In this document: one piece after another, positions 40,755 to 57,700 of the stretch
Position numbering within the stretch: position 1 is the first letter of the stretch
Layout of the letters: every line of letters begins with the position of its first letter
From: the human T2T-CHM13v2.0 reference genome, Homo sapiens
Reading direction: 5' to 3' (one strand)
DNA: 64,000 nucleotides
Assembly (NCBI RefSeq): GCF_009914755.1
Contig: NC_060926.1
Notes under the pieces: generated by a model
The model's input: only the letters and a program-made list of their open reading frames with translations
What the model was told of the DNA's origin: nothing
Database searches by the model: none
Program-made: the position numbers and the translations under genes

Positions 40755-42192
40755 TTAAACAGACGTACAACAGATGGAAATAATGGAGGATTATTGTTAT
40801 TTAGAGCCTAAATACACCTGAAAACTGCTTAATACTGACAGACTGGAGTGGAGGCCTGCCTCTGCACAGTGTCAGTGGTTATTGCTAATGATATTTATGA
40901 GGTGTTTGAAATCATGTCCTTCACGTAGTTTCTTTTGCTCACACACACCTGTTTTCCTTTGCCCTAGATGTGTCCATATGACTGTGTCAGTGTGATCTTG
41001 TAGAAAAGAACTCTGGGCTTTAGTTCCCGTCTCCCCTGAATGGTGTTCTTCCCTTAGGCTGGCAGTTTGACATTTCTGGGGCTCAGTTTCCTGTCTGTCG
41101 AAGGAGGGTGATAGATGGTACCTGCCTTGTATATTTCATGGAGTTAAGATGCTCAAATAAGAAAGCATCTTAAAATAACAGTGCTTAAAATAACATAGAC
41201 TGCTACTATTTGTGACCCATCAGCTACATGATTTCTCTATGTGTAAGCAGGGGTACCACACAAACAAGTCCAAGGGAGTTGAGAATCTATTCTATTTGGA
41301 AAGAAACCTCCCCCTGGACATGAATTCATTTCTGTCATCAGGAGTTTCTCCTTTATATGTGATTCGAATTTGCGTAGTTGAACATTGCTTCCCCACTTCC
41401 TTTCTTGAGAGAGCAGCTGCTCCCCCTGCATCGTTTGTCCAGTCAGCAGAGACATGAATCATGTTGAGTTCCCTTTTTTCTAGCATCTGTAAACTGCCCT
41501 CTACCTAGAATAAATGCTGTCAAGATGAAATTACCAGCAATAACGCAGCAAAGGAGAAACTATGCATGGTCCCTCTGGCTGCAGAGGAAAAAAGACAAAT
41601 TTACGATGCAGTATACATTTGACTTTTCATTTCTCTCCCAAGTTTTTTGCTTTTTGGATATTTTTCATTTTTTCCTTGCTATGAGAATAAGTAGGGAAGG
41701 AACGGACTCTAGATAACCAACCCTACCGCCTCTAGTCATCTGCCTGAACTTGGAGCCCGTAACTTACATTTTTCCAATATGCCCATTCATTGTGGCTCAG
41801 GACAATATTTTCTCTTCATGCTTCCCTCTGGGCTCCCTTCGGCATGGGGACTGCGGCTCAGTCTCCCAGGGCCCGAGCTACCCATGGTGACAGCACTTCT
41901 GGAGCCTGGTTTCCCTGGATGGATGGCCCCTGGGGAAGCATCTGCAGCTCCACCATTTGAGGTATTTCAGCTATTCCACTAAAACCCAATTGAGAGGAAA
42001 ATGATGGCAGGAGAGACCAAATCCCCAGCCTCATACACGAAGGATGGTTTTTTATCACTGTGGGTCTTCTCTACTTTTATTTTTCCTTGCTTTCCAGGAG
42101 GCTGTCCCCCTTTGCCCTCGTGTGAATTTGAAATTTCTACTTTGTGCTTCTGCCGTCCTGTGCTGCTCACTGCTTTCTTTTCTCTCTGGTAG

Positions 42193-42321
<129 letters not shown>

Positions 42322-42667
42322 TAAGTAATATTATGAGAAACCACCTTTTGGGGCCTCATAGTCCCTTTGCCACACACCCCAAAGGCTGGTTTGTTTTTCT
42401 GTTTGGAAGAGGACAGAGGGAATCCTGGCTATGGATGCCTGCTTGCTGGGAGTTCCCATCTACTAAAAAGTATGAATGGTGATGCTAATTTCCTATGACA
42501 TAGGTCAAAGAATGGGCATTCTAAACTTTGGCAAGATCCAAAGACCCAGCCACAAATTCTTGTTTTACTCGGTTTCTAAGCTCAGTGTCTTCATCCCTGA
42601 CTTGCTTGCCTCTGTGTTTTTCTCAGAATGGGCTGTCAAAACCAATACTTTTTCTTTTCCTAAATAG

Positions 42668-42850
<183 letters not shown>

Positions 42851-42852
42851 TA

Positions 42853-43175
<323 letters not shown>

Positions 43176-46100
43176 GAATAGTGAGTGGCAAGGGGCTATT
43201 GTCAGAGAATCACAAAGTAAGGGACAAACAGCCTTTTACTAAATTACATCTAGCAGGTGATATGTAAACTTGAGGCATCACTTATTGAAGCCAAAGCAAT
43301 AATTATATTTTAAAATAATGGGCAAGAACATGCCAGTCAAATGTATGGTGTTTAAAACAAAACGGAACAACCAAACTCATTTCAGATGTGAATTGGAAAT
43401 GCATTGGGGTGTTACTTTTGTTCTTCATGGCACTGGAGTCTACCTTTTAGGTTCATATTATTTCAAGTGTGTAAATCTCAAGATTGATAACTGCCTTTAG
43501 CTCCGGTATTTGCGATCCATTGCACAGTTGCTGATAAAACACCCAGAAAATTAGGTGAATGCAGAAGAGAGGTATAAAAGGAAAAGAAGGGGAAGGAATC
43601 TTTACCAGCACTGGAGGTAGGAGGTCTGGACTGTATGCTGAGAAGAGATGCAGATGACAGCTTCCTACTTTTAAAAATTCCCACATGAGACTTCCTAGAT
43701 CCCTGGGAGGTGTCCATAGGTGGGCAGCAGGTACGACTCCATAATCGTAAAGCAAGAGTTACATGTGTGGTTTGGTTCATATCTTTTTTTCTTGTCACTT
43801 TCTTTTTTACCTACCCCCTCCCACTGTCCAAGGCCTGACCTCCTTCAGGCATGTTTCCTCAGTTCCAGTGTTTAGGTTCTATCCTTCAGCCCTCGTGCCT
43901 CAGTGTTCATTCCCAGAGTGCTTGCGGTTCTGTGGATTGGGCGATCTGAACATCTTCAGTGCTCAGCGAGCTCTGATGTTGGATGAGGGCTCAGAGGGCT
44001 GAGGTTGGATGTGGATTCTGCTGCCTTCGGTTTGTTTAATTCTGAACAATCATGTGATCTTTAGACAAGTCACCAGTGCTCTGTGGGCTTTAACTAGCTC
44101 ATTTGTACATGGATGCACAGAGCACTTCCCTGCCTTCTCCCTGGGAGTGTGTGTTGTGTGGTTATGCCTAAGGAATAGTTTAAGATGAGAGAAAGGACAG
44201 ATGGGGGTGGGCATTCTGTCTGGGAAATTGTTATGGCTTGTTTAAACTGCATTAAGCCCCAGTCATTTCCTGAGCCCTCAACAGAACATAGAATTACACA
44301 GCCGTGGCACCTGTGGGATGTCTAAATAAATAATAATTATATTGAAATGTTGTAGACCTAATATATCTTTTAAACTGGATTTGGGTCCTTTACTTCCTCC
44401 CAAATCGCTTCCTTGATTAGTTAAATGCTTAGGCCAAGGGGGTTGCAGTAGGATAACACCTACTTTCCTCAAGGGTCTCAGAAACCCACAAACCAGCATC
44501 TGCTTATGGAAAACAAGATCGCATCCTGCCCAGTGTCTTAAACTTGAGCTTTAACAATTTCCTCTGAAGACATGTTTGAGCAAACCAGCTCTAAGTGCAT
44601 TTATAAAGGAAACATCTCTTCAAAAAAAATCCTTACCAGCAAAGCAAAAATATTCTGGCTCTTCTCAAGCCAGAGTCACCGTGGGGCATTGGCTATCTTT
44701 GCAAGGCCCAGTCACCTTGGGGCATTGCTGTTATCAGGAGGTATTTGCAGCTGTCTACAGGAAGCATTTTGAATATCAGTTAGTGTCTAATATATGTCAG
44801 GTGTGTCAAAATTATAGCACTTCTGACAGCAATTATCTCACCTTTGTACAGGGTATGAAATCAAGGCTTAGGTGCAAAGCCATTGGATACCATACCTGAG
44901 ACCACACAGCCAGTAAGTGACTAAACATGTAGGATGTCCTAGGATGCAGTGTCTGAGCACAGCCCTTTGGGTCAGTAAGCCCAGTGTTGAAGCTAATTCT
45001 GCTATTGACCCATTCTCTTGTTTACCTCTCCCCTCTGAGCCCCAGTCTTCTCTCCCACAGAGAGATATATAATAATGCCTACTTTCAAGAATATTGGGAG
45101 GATTATATGAGTTGCTTCAGTTTTTACCTAGCACAAGGGCTGGCATGAGTCCAGGTAAAAAAGTCCGTGACCGATGGCAGGCTATCGGTGATTGCAAGTT
45201 CTGCTTTTCCTTCGTCTTAAATAATCTCACAGTATTGCGGCTTGAAAAGGTCATAGTAGTAGATGGGACTAGACTGAATATAATGCACTGTAAGGGACAG
45301 CACTGTCATATAAGGGAGAGGATTAAATAAAGTAGAATTAGAATTACATTTTGGGAATGAACAAATAAAAAATGCTGCAGGTAATTTGGGCTTCCAGGAA
45401 GTAAAAAGTAATATAAATTATGTTTTCAAATGAAATAGGTCGGTCTACATTCTTTTATCAGAGTCATCTAGATTCTGCTCTCTGTGACAGCAGGGACTGA
45501 GTTTGTCACAGACATTAGTTTCTCATCAACCACTGCACAACTAGTTCACAGTAGGTGGTCAATAAATAAATGCTTATCAAATGAATGAACAGATGAATCT
45601 AAAGCTTATTGTGTAAGGTTACTTGGAAAGTTAGGGCAGTTGCTGAACATTGATGCCATTACGTCCAGAAGTTTGGTTGGGTTTGGATCTGGTTTGCTTT
45701 CCAAACTATTATTGGAAATGTGTGAGGTTTCGTTCCTTTCCCTTTATCCCCAAGTTAGTTAATGGATTATTTAAGGATGCTGAGCTATTCTATGGGGCCA
45801 ATACCTGCTGTATTGTTAAATATACTCATTGAACCCAATTATACAGCAGACACAAGACTGAACATCGGATTAGACATGGTATGTGATAGCTAATGAGATT
45901 AAGCACTTTGAACTCAGAAAAGACTGCCGGGCACATCCCAAATTCATTGTAATGAGTGTTCATTATATTCTTACTGCAGAGGTGGCCAAACCTTAGGGCA
46001 GCATGAGGTTCCTCCGTTATTCCTTTGTGGTTCTTTCAAGGACGTGAAGAGAGTACACGTTTGTTCTGCTTGACTGTACTGATGTTCTGAATAACACAGT

Positions 46101-46229
46101 GTAGTATGTGTTTCGAAGCAGTTCAATCTGCAGATCCCTGAAGGCACTCTACCAAGAGTCCTGTTAGCATTCTTCAGGATTATAGGTTAGATACTGGAAT
46201 TTAAAGGGAAAAATTTACCATGTCTATTT

Positions 46230-46521
46230 CTATTTTTGTTTTTTAAATTATACTTTTAAGTTCTGGGATACATGGGCAGAACATGCAGGTTTGTTATATA
46301 GGTATACATGTGCTATGGTGGTTTGCTGCACCCATCAACCCGTCACCTACATTAGGTATTTCTCCTAATGCTATCCCTCCCCTAGCCCCCCACCCCCCGA
46401 CAGGCCCCGATATGTGATCCATCCATGTGTTCTCATTGTTTAACTCCCACTTATGAGTGAGAACATGCGGTGTTTGGTTTTCTGTTCCTGTGTTAGTTTA
46501 CTGAGAATGATGGTTTCCAGC
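46230..46521 (-). mobile_element. L1PA (about PA6-8) 3' end, antisense
   Basis: aagttctgggatacatg...gctgcacccatcaacccgtc...gagtgagaacatgcggtgtttgg...atggtttccagc. Confidence 0.9.
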
Positions 46522-47581
46522 ATTCTGGTTCTTCCATTCAGTCGGGGTTGTTTCCTTTAGTTTCCTGAATGCCCAGCATCGTGCCATTAAAGAAGTAAGT
46601 GCTGTCTCCTGTGTTCTCAAAGAGCTTTTAATCTAGCTGAGGAGGCAGCACTTGAATTACGAGGCAGTAGAAAGTCAAAAAGCCAGACTCAAATTAGAGC
46701 ACTTTTATTGATTCTTTTCTTCTGGCTTCCAGAATTCTATTTTGTAGTCTTTAATTACTCTTCTCAACTACTTTTACAGCGCTATTTGAAAAAGATATTT
46801 ATGTTTTAGAAGTGTGAACTCAAATCACCCAATTGTGTTGGAAGCCTATTTAATGTACCTTGATTTGGGGTGGTAATAAAGGGAAAGAGGCCCTCTGAGG
46901 GGGCAGACCAATGTGGTTAGGAAGACCTGAATCGGCACATCTTTGGCACTGGGAGTTTTGATTGATCCAGCATGAATAATTTGAGGCTTTGTTTGTATGT
47001 TGAATGTGGAAGGAGAATTGATATCTTAGGGAAAGTAATAATCTTTTTTCTTTTCCTGATGTGCACTTAAAAAAGTCGTGTCATCATTTTAATTGTGTCA
47101 TCTGCCAGTTTAGTGGTAGCTAGATTAGGCAGAGCCTGAATAGTGTGCATATGAAATTTATGTCACCAGAACATGAGAACACATTACCTACGAGAGTAGA
47201 ATGAGCATTTTGGCCAAGGCAGACACTTGGCTACACTTTGACATGAAAGAAAAAAAGGCTTAAATCATTCCTGTTGGGGGGCCTGTTGCTGAAACACCAG
47301 TAGGGTTAATTTTTGCCCTTGGAGGGAAGAAATACTGTGGGTGACATACATTTAACTAGATGCCAAGTCCTTATCCATGTCATTTCTGAATGTTTCTCAG
47401 GAGACTAGAACTTTTTAAAGACACAAAATTTTCATTTCTCCCTCCTGCCCTCCCTCCTTCCCTCACAAGCAGGGAAATGGCCTCACCAGAAGCTGGGAAG
47501 GTGCTTTGGAGCAGTGGTCCTTTCAGAAGAAGGTTTGGGTGTTTTAGATGGGAACTAGGTCTCAGAGCAGATTGGAAGGTT

Positions 47582-48075
47582 AGTTTCTGATTAGTTTTAT
47601 ATGTCAGCTTGGCTAGGCCATAGTGCCCAGTTACTTAATCAAATACAAATCGAGGCGTTGCTGTGAAGGTACTTTGTAGAATATGCTTAGCACTTACAAT
47701 CAGCTGACTTTAAGCAAGGCAGATTACTCTCAATAATAAGGGCGAGCATCATCCACTCAGTTAAAGGCCTTAAGAGCTAAAATGGAGGTTTCATGGAGAA
47801 GACAAAAATTGTGCTTCAGGATGGTAACATCAACTCCAGCCTCAGTTTGCAGCTGTCAGCCTGCCTTATGGCTTTCAAACTTGCCAGCCCCCATAGTCAT
47901 GTGAGTCAGTTTCTTAAGTAAATAAAAGAGTGAGGTATATCATATATATGTATGTATGTATATATAGTAGGATTTTATATATACAATAGGATATATAATA
48001 TATTATCTATATTTATCTATCATCTGTCTTTATCTTTCTCCTATTGGTTCTGTTTCTCTGGAGAGCTCTGATAGT
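47582..48075 (+). mobile_element. MLT2 (ERVL) solo LTR with an internal TA-rich tract
   Basis: ttttatatgtcagcttggctaggccatagtgccc ... ctcctattggttctgtttctctggagag. Confidence 0.8.
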
Positions 48076-50089
48076 GAAGAATGCTATACTCTCTATCCTC
48101 TCCTGCTCCCACAGTGGGAGAATCTCCGTTTCTGTCTCTCACACACCATTCACAGTGCAGAATCACACATGACAGATTTATTCTGTGTGCTGAAGGTGTG
48201 AGGTTGTCTAGAGCTCCTTATTCAAATGCCAGCACTATCCTGAACACCTGGTGAGAAAAGAAGGATGCTGAAATAAAAGGTATGAAGGTACCAAGAACAA
48301 ATATCTTTGTGGTTATTCCAGGGAAGCCAAAGTAAACAGAAGAAACGCCAAAGGTAGGCACTCCTCGTGTCATTTAGAACTGACTGTGGCCAGGAAATAT
48401 GAGTGTAGGAAACCACTGGGAAAGCAGGTGGGGATGAGACTCATCAGAATGCAGTGGTTCTAGGTCTTCTCCCCACTCAAGGAGGGCTTCGTTCAAGTGC
48501 CAACTTACGAGGGTGCCTTCAGTGTCATCACATGTGGGTGCTTAACCTCGGTGGTGGAGATGGGTAGCATCAGCAGTCTTGGAAGCTGGCCATGTGCTTC
48601 TGAAATGTAAACTGCAAATTCAGTGATGGAAGGATTGAGTGGTGCTGGGAAGAAAATAACAGAATGCTCGACAATGGGGAGGTAGTTTCCTCTTTCCATT
48701 CTTTAGTAGAATATATCTAAGAGAATCTTTACTGACTTAACTGTCTCTGTAGCAGTATCTAGATGGAAGATGTACTGTGGCCTCTGATCTTTGTCCACTA
48801 GGCTTGGTCTGCCTTTCCTAAGGGTGGTTAACATTCATTAGCTTTGAGGTCTTTAAAAAATTTGGTCCTGGTTCCCTCCCTGTGGGGAGAAGAGATTTTA
48901 TACCTGGGGCATGCCTAGATCATATATCATTAAAGTAGTGCTTGACTTGAAGCAAGCCAAAACAAGGAAAAGATGCAAAACAGATTCCCTGATAATGGCA
49001 TCCTCACAATTTGACTCAGTTTTAAAAGCAGGTCTTGCTGTTAGGGTATAAACTTAGGACTGAATTAAAGTTCTTTCCCAGAGTAGCCTTTGGTTAGGAT
49101 TTTGCTCAGTTCCTGCTGCGGTTATAACTTGTGGAATAGACATTGATATCTGTATATACATTGAGGGCTCTGATTGAAAACCCTGAGAGTTTTTAGAAAT
49201 GAAGAACCCACTTTTGTATTTCTTTGTGAATGATCAGGCCACTTTGGATTAATCAAATAGTATCACAGCCAGTTTCACCTTTAAAGAGGATGAGTGAGCA
49301 GTCAGTAAGTGGCTAGAATAAGGCTTCTATGGGTCATTGACTTGTTTCTCTATATCAAAGAGATAATGTCCTGGAACCATAAGGCTGGTTGGTATCACAA
49401 TTGCTGTATATAGCTTCTGCTAGACAAAATCACAAAACCTGCCTTAAGAGCACTTCTTAATTTCTGCTGTCTTCTTGATTTTGTGTCTCCCTGTAAGCTA
49501 CCTGAAGTTCTTTTGGAAACAAGGCTGAACAATAAATGCACACGTGTGGGCCTGTGCCCAAGTTCCGGATCATGTTCACTGGCAGCCTCACGCCCTAGAT
49601 CCAAACCACAACAAGACAGCAGAACACTGTGTAACCGCATTGATGGCAACTAGCTAGATATTAACAAAGGAGGAAACTGATTTTTTTTTCTTTTTTTCCT
49701 CTGAAATCAGTTAAAGCTAATTAAGGGAAAGTGAATTTTGAATGTCCAAATAGAAAGAAGCTAGTGATCATTAGGCTCCTTCATTCTCTAAATTTGCCAA
49801 AGTTGATGGTAAAAAGAAAAAGAAATTGTAGATATTCTATATCCTTTTACTCTTAGTCTCTTGGGAGAATGAGAGACTGAGACCCTCTTTATTTCACTTT
49901 GCAAGATTGTTTTTAACATCCTAGATAGGAGAATGTTTGTTCTAGTAAAAAAAAAAACAAAAAACAAAAAAACAATAAACCTCAGGGCACAAAAATTCAG
50001 TATCTCTCTTAGTAACCCTAGTTTATTCTGCATCTGGAAATTCTTGTATCTGACTTGATTTCTTTCTCCATCAGTTTGTTTTTCTTAAC

Positions 50090-51850
<1,761 letters not shown>

Positions 51851-51984
51851 CTCTCTCAGTGTAAGCTGATTTTTTCATATTCTACCTTTAGTGGATGTGA
51901 AGGCCCCGCTTGCCCCATTTGGGCTGAATGAAGTCTCGGGCTCCAGTGTGAGACACAGATTCCCACTGTTATTTGAGTTCCAAA

Positions 51985-52461
51985 TGGAAGTTGGGTTGCG
52001 CATCTTTAGCTACTCCTCTGGATCTTTTCTGCACCATCTCTGTCCTGCTTTGTGACTTAGGAGGGTGACTGGTTTGGGCTCATGCAATGGGCTCCTTTTC
52101 CTCTGGCTTCCAGTTATGTTACACCCGTGGGGAAGGAACACAGGCAGGCGATCAGAAGGAGAGAAGAGCGTGAGGTCCGGGTATTTATTTCCTGGCTTCT
52201 TCCCTGCCAGATCATTTTGGGTTGGCTGTGTCCCTACCAATGGCTGTGACAATTCATACCTACCAGGCAATCTTTTCCTTCTAGCCTTCTCTCTCTGGCT
52301 CCCCTTCAGCTTAAGGGTAGTAATGGCTCCCCAGTCCCTAATGTGGGTACCACATTAACCCTTGTTATTTCCCAACACCTTTCCAAACCTTTGTTAAGCA
52401 CTCTTCAAATCATGCAATTTGAGCAGGTGGTCTGTTTCCTTCCAGGACCCCGATTACTACA
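51985..52461. mobile_element. Ancient ERVL LTR (LTR33-like)
   Basis: tcctctggcttccagtta...gtgaggtccgggtatttattt...tctgtttccttccaggacccc. Confidence 0.55.
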
Positions 52462-53469
52462 GAAGTGGGGATTTCCTAGGCAATTGTTAAAAGTATTTTG
52501 AGAATGAGGACCAGTTACACCAATGGTGATAACCTTGCTGAGTCTGCTCACAAAATATGCCTCTGGCTAAACCTGCCTGAGTATAGCATAGAGGCTTTAG
52601 CTTTCTCTTTCTGGTATCATGTGAAGTTATCAAGGGACTCTTTATGATTTAAAAAGTAAGATTAGTAGCCTTGAAGTGTGCCCTTAAGTGTCCATAAGCA
52701 TTTTAGCCATGAGTTATTTTTCACTTTTTGCCTTACTAAGTTGATAATGGATGCTTGTAATGTTTGTGCTTGCATCTGAGAAGCATCCACAGTACTGCCT
52801 GAGGATGTCAGGAGGAGAGGTGAGAGTGTCAAACAGGACCAGACTTTAAAGTAGTAATAAAATTGCTGTTATTTGAAAAATTAGACTCAAAGCACTTCTA
52901 GGGATTGCAGCCTCAAGCTACAGTGAACAAGAGAGAGTTATCCTAATTCTTAAATGGAGTCTTACATTGAAGTTGTTAAACTCCTCTTTTGACAGTTGGG
53001 TTATTTAGTTGTCTGCTTTAGCAATGAATTTTTGGAATGACATCTGTAGTGCTGGTGAGGACTGCTGAATTTCTTGCACTGAAATAGAAATCAGGATGTC
53101 ATTTGCTGACAACGGTAATTAACCCGAATCACAAATCAGATTGTGCTGGCAAATATGACGGTGTAAGAACTGTTGGAAGTTCAAAATGAAAAAGTCAATA
53201 GCAAATAAAACAGGATATCACATATTTTTTAATGAAGCTTTACCTTCTTGAAAGTAAGCCTAAGTGGAGTTTCCTTTTTAATTGGACAAGGCCACTTAGG
53301 TGTTCGTTTCTGTGCATGCTGAGCTGAGTCATGGCTTTTGTTTTTGGTATCACTTGGTGCAGCTACTGATTTGCTCTCCACAGTTGCCCCTTTGGGTTAC
53401 TCTCCAGGTACATCCCTGTGGCATCTCAACCCCCCAGGCCATGTGCCCCAGAGATCGCATCATCTCTTA

Positions 53470-53760
53470 TACTGGAAGTGGCAAAATGGTGGCCATTAGG
53501 CATGTTTGTTTGTCCCACACATTGTTTTTATAAATAGTTTAAAACTGGGAGACACAATTTAAAGAAAAAACAGTTTCTGATTTTTCTTGGAAAATAGGAT
53601 GATCTGAATACTGTGGGGCCTCCTCACCGCATGGTGATGACGGGCTGTGATGGGGGGGGCGGGTGTGTGCTCAGCAGGGAGCCATGGTGTCCTCTGGCCA
53701 GCCTTACTCAGCTGTGGGACCCACCTGACCTATGAGGCATGTGTTGATGTGATAAATACA
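53470..53760. mobile_element. hAT-Charlie fragment (MER102-like)
   Basis: gcatgtttgtttgtcccacacattgttttt...ttttcttggaaaataggatgatctg, similar to 22095-22275. Confidence 0.45.
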
Positions 53761-54290
53761 TCAGGGGTGGTTTTGGGTACCACAGGTGAGGAAGAGAAAT
53801 AATTGATTCTATTATTTCTGTCTGTGTATCATTGGTATAAGAAACTGCAGTCTCCAAGAGGACAGAGACCTCGTCTATCTGTCTTGGTGTACCCCAAATT
53901 CATAAATGTTAATTGAACTGAAAAGAACCTCAACTTAGGCAGGTAAATCTGGTGATGGTATGCAGGGGGCTTAAAGGAGGGTACTGAACATTTGAAAAAG
54001 GCTGTAACCATAAGGATGGCTGAGAACACAGACTAAGACAGTGGCAGAGGGAAGAGAGAAAGAGGAAACCCTGAGACAATTCGAATAAATGTTCATTAGA
54101 TTTAGAGACCAGTGGGATGTGAAGGAGAAAAGGAAAGGATGAGCTTGAGGCCTCAAGGGTTAGTGGTGCCGTTAGTCCAATTAGGAGGATGGTTGGTGAA
54201 AGCCACAGGATCCCTTCTGCTTCCCTATTTCCAGTCTTTTGACATGAGGAATCTTGGGCTTAATCATATTGGTTTAGCTAATGGTAATAA

Positions 54291-54485
<195 letters not shown>

Positions 54486-54488
54486 TAA

Positions 54489-54909
<421 letters not shown>

Positions 54910-55974
54910 TGATTCCTCCTGGCAACAACCTGTATGAACAAGCAGATGTTTTCTTAGTCCCTAACACAGGCACCATCCCCATCCCATCACTTGGCTAGCA
55001 TGCATTGTTAGTGTGGACCAGTGATTATCTGCAAGGCTGCCTTAATCTGCTTCCAATGAGATGCACTCTATCTAATATTGTAATAACTTGCTGGTACCCC
55101 TATTTGTAGGTTAGAGGAAAGTGCCTGAGACTTAGTGGCTCAGACTGCTTTTGACTTAAATGAAAAATGTCATTCTCTCCTATGTGAGTTTTATTACTGG
55201 TTTGGGGTTAAAAGTCTACCTCTGGCAAATACTTGCATTTTTTGGCTGAACTCATCTTCATGCCAGAAATATAGGGCTCTCAAAGGAGCCCTGTGCTAAA
55301 ATGGAGTCTTAAAGGCTTGGTTCGTGACTCGTTTTCCTTCTTCCCCAAAACATTTTCTTTGGTTTGTTCTACTGGGAGAAAATATCTCAGAGAGCTGACA
55401 TGCAGTGGGTGGGTGGGTTGTGGGTGAGGTGTTAAGAGGGGTTTCCAGATCTAAGTGCAGACAGATTATTTTAGTGATTTTAGCATTGTGACGTAGGTTA
55501 GAAGGTAGAAGGCTTTTTTTTTTTTTCTTTTTAACTAAAATAAGGCAGGTTGGTGTGTGTGTAGGGGAATGGCGGATAGTTGGAAGTTGTTCTTCAGGTC
55601 CTCTGCTGCTGTGTTCAGTATTTTAGGTGCTGCAGCTGTACCTCAGCTTTGGGTAAGGGTAGGAGCCCGGGGGCTGTTGTGCAGGATTGGGAGGTAATGC
55701 TGACTGTAACTGCAGCAGATTGTCTTGTGATTACACGTTTGCCACTGCTTTTTGCTAGTAAGGGTGGGGTGTCAATGAGCTATTGTTTAATAGAAAAACA
55801 ATTACGTGGCAAACGAGAATTCAAGACAGGTTTCAAAAATGACCTAGTAGTCTAAATAACATGATTCTTTTATTTTTGAAAGATTTTCTAGCAGCACACG
55901 TGTTTGGAAAGCTACTAGAATAATTGAATAATTCAGCACCTGAGGCTGGTGGATGATTCTTTGCAATTTGGCAG

Positions 55975-56049
55975 GAATGGGAGAGTCGGGAGCAGTAGTT
56001 GGCAAGGTGGGGAGTAGCCATATGAAGTTTTATTTCGGGAATCCTCCAG
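55975..56049 (+). CDS. Candidate 75-nt phase 1-1 exon in intron 11: (G)MGESGAVVGKVGSSHMKFYFGNPP
   Basis: ttctttgcaatttggcag|GA acceptor, CAG|gtcagt donor, no stop in the exon-11 frame. Confidence 0.4.
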
Positions 56050-56332
56050 GTCAGTTCTCTGTTGGGTGACCAGGACATTCAGTAAAGCCTTTTGGTAAAG
56101 GATTGGGGGTGCTGGCTTTAGAAACATTACAGGGTGGGCAATGAACCTTTTTTCCCCCATCATTTTGCATCTCTTGCCAAACTTTAACCTTGCAGTTCTC
56201 CATCCCTCATCAAATGCCATCCTCTGGGATCTGCCCATTGCCTTGTTTGCCTGACTCACCATCATGCTTAGCATCTTTTGGGCACTCAGTCCTGTTTTTG
56301 GCCTCTTTACTTGGACATCATTTTAACTGTCA

Positions 56333-56704
<372 letters not shown>

Positions 56705-56789
56705 TTACATAATTTGGGGAAAATAATGTATGATGATATACTCTGGCACAGAGTAGACCTCCAATAAATGTATGGGAAGCAAACATATG

Positions 56790-57700
56790 CTTAATGCAGG
56801 TGCTGGAGATTAAAGGGTGGGCAGTCAGATGTGGTCTCTTCCCTCAGGACGGTCTGAGCGGGGAGGAAGGTAAATGCCAGTCCTCACCAATAAATGTATG
56901 ATGGTAGTCCACGCTGCATACCAAGAAGTGAAAGCACAGGTGCCAAGAGTTATACAACAGGGGGCCCTGACCTTGACTGAGAAGCCAGTGAAGGGTTCCT
57001 TGAATATGCAATGTAGAGATTAGTATCTGTGAGAAGCGCAGTTAGCCAGGCAAAATAGGGGGCATGAGGTGAGGTGGGGGCTCCGAGAATGGAGGACATA
57101 GGCCAGCAGGGAGCACTGGCCTGAGATGGGCTCGAGGGATAGGCGGGGCTCTCCTGTCTTCAGGATTTTGGTCAAGGGTGTTAAGCTGCAAGTCATACCT
57201 TTGCATTTTTGAAGATCCATTGGCTGTATTGGAGAGTGGACTGCAGGTCGGAGAGGAGGGCTGGGAGCTGGGGTGGTCTTCCAGGGATGAGATGATGGTA
57301 TTGAAGTGACAGGGTAGTAGGAAGGGAGAGAAATGGATGAACCTGAGAGATATTTAGGAGGAGAAATTAGCCGGGTGTGGTGAGGGGTTGGCTATGGGAG
57401 AGGGAGGTTTCAATGACAACTGTGTTTTCTGGCTTGCCGAGTTGGATGGAGGGTGAGACCATTCTCTAAGACTGGGGATGCTGGAGGAGAACCAGGGGTG
57501 AGGGAGGAGGGAGTTTAGGGTCCCCGTGGAACATCCAGGGGAACATTATTCAGATAAGAAGTTAGGTCTGAGGGTCTGGAGCTCAGAGGATCTGCTTGAG
57601 TTGGAGTCATCAGTCTTTTGGTAGTAATTGAAGGCATAGGTAGGTGTGAGGGCCCTTTGGACTACAGAGAAAGAAGAGAAGACAGAGAGAGTCTGAGAGG
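56790..57700 (-). mobile_element. L2 segment
   Basis: ggagagaaatggatgaacctgagagatatttaggagg; ggaacatccagggg; gggtctggagctcagagga. Confidence 0.65.

Noticed and set aside
55932-55950. TTCAGCACC, left half of an RE1/REST site
   Set aside because: The GGACAG right half is missing; no complete RE1 was found by eye in the window.
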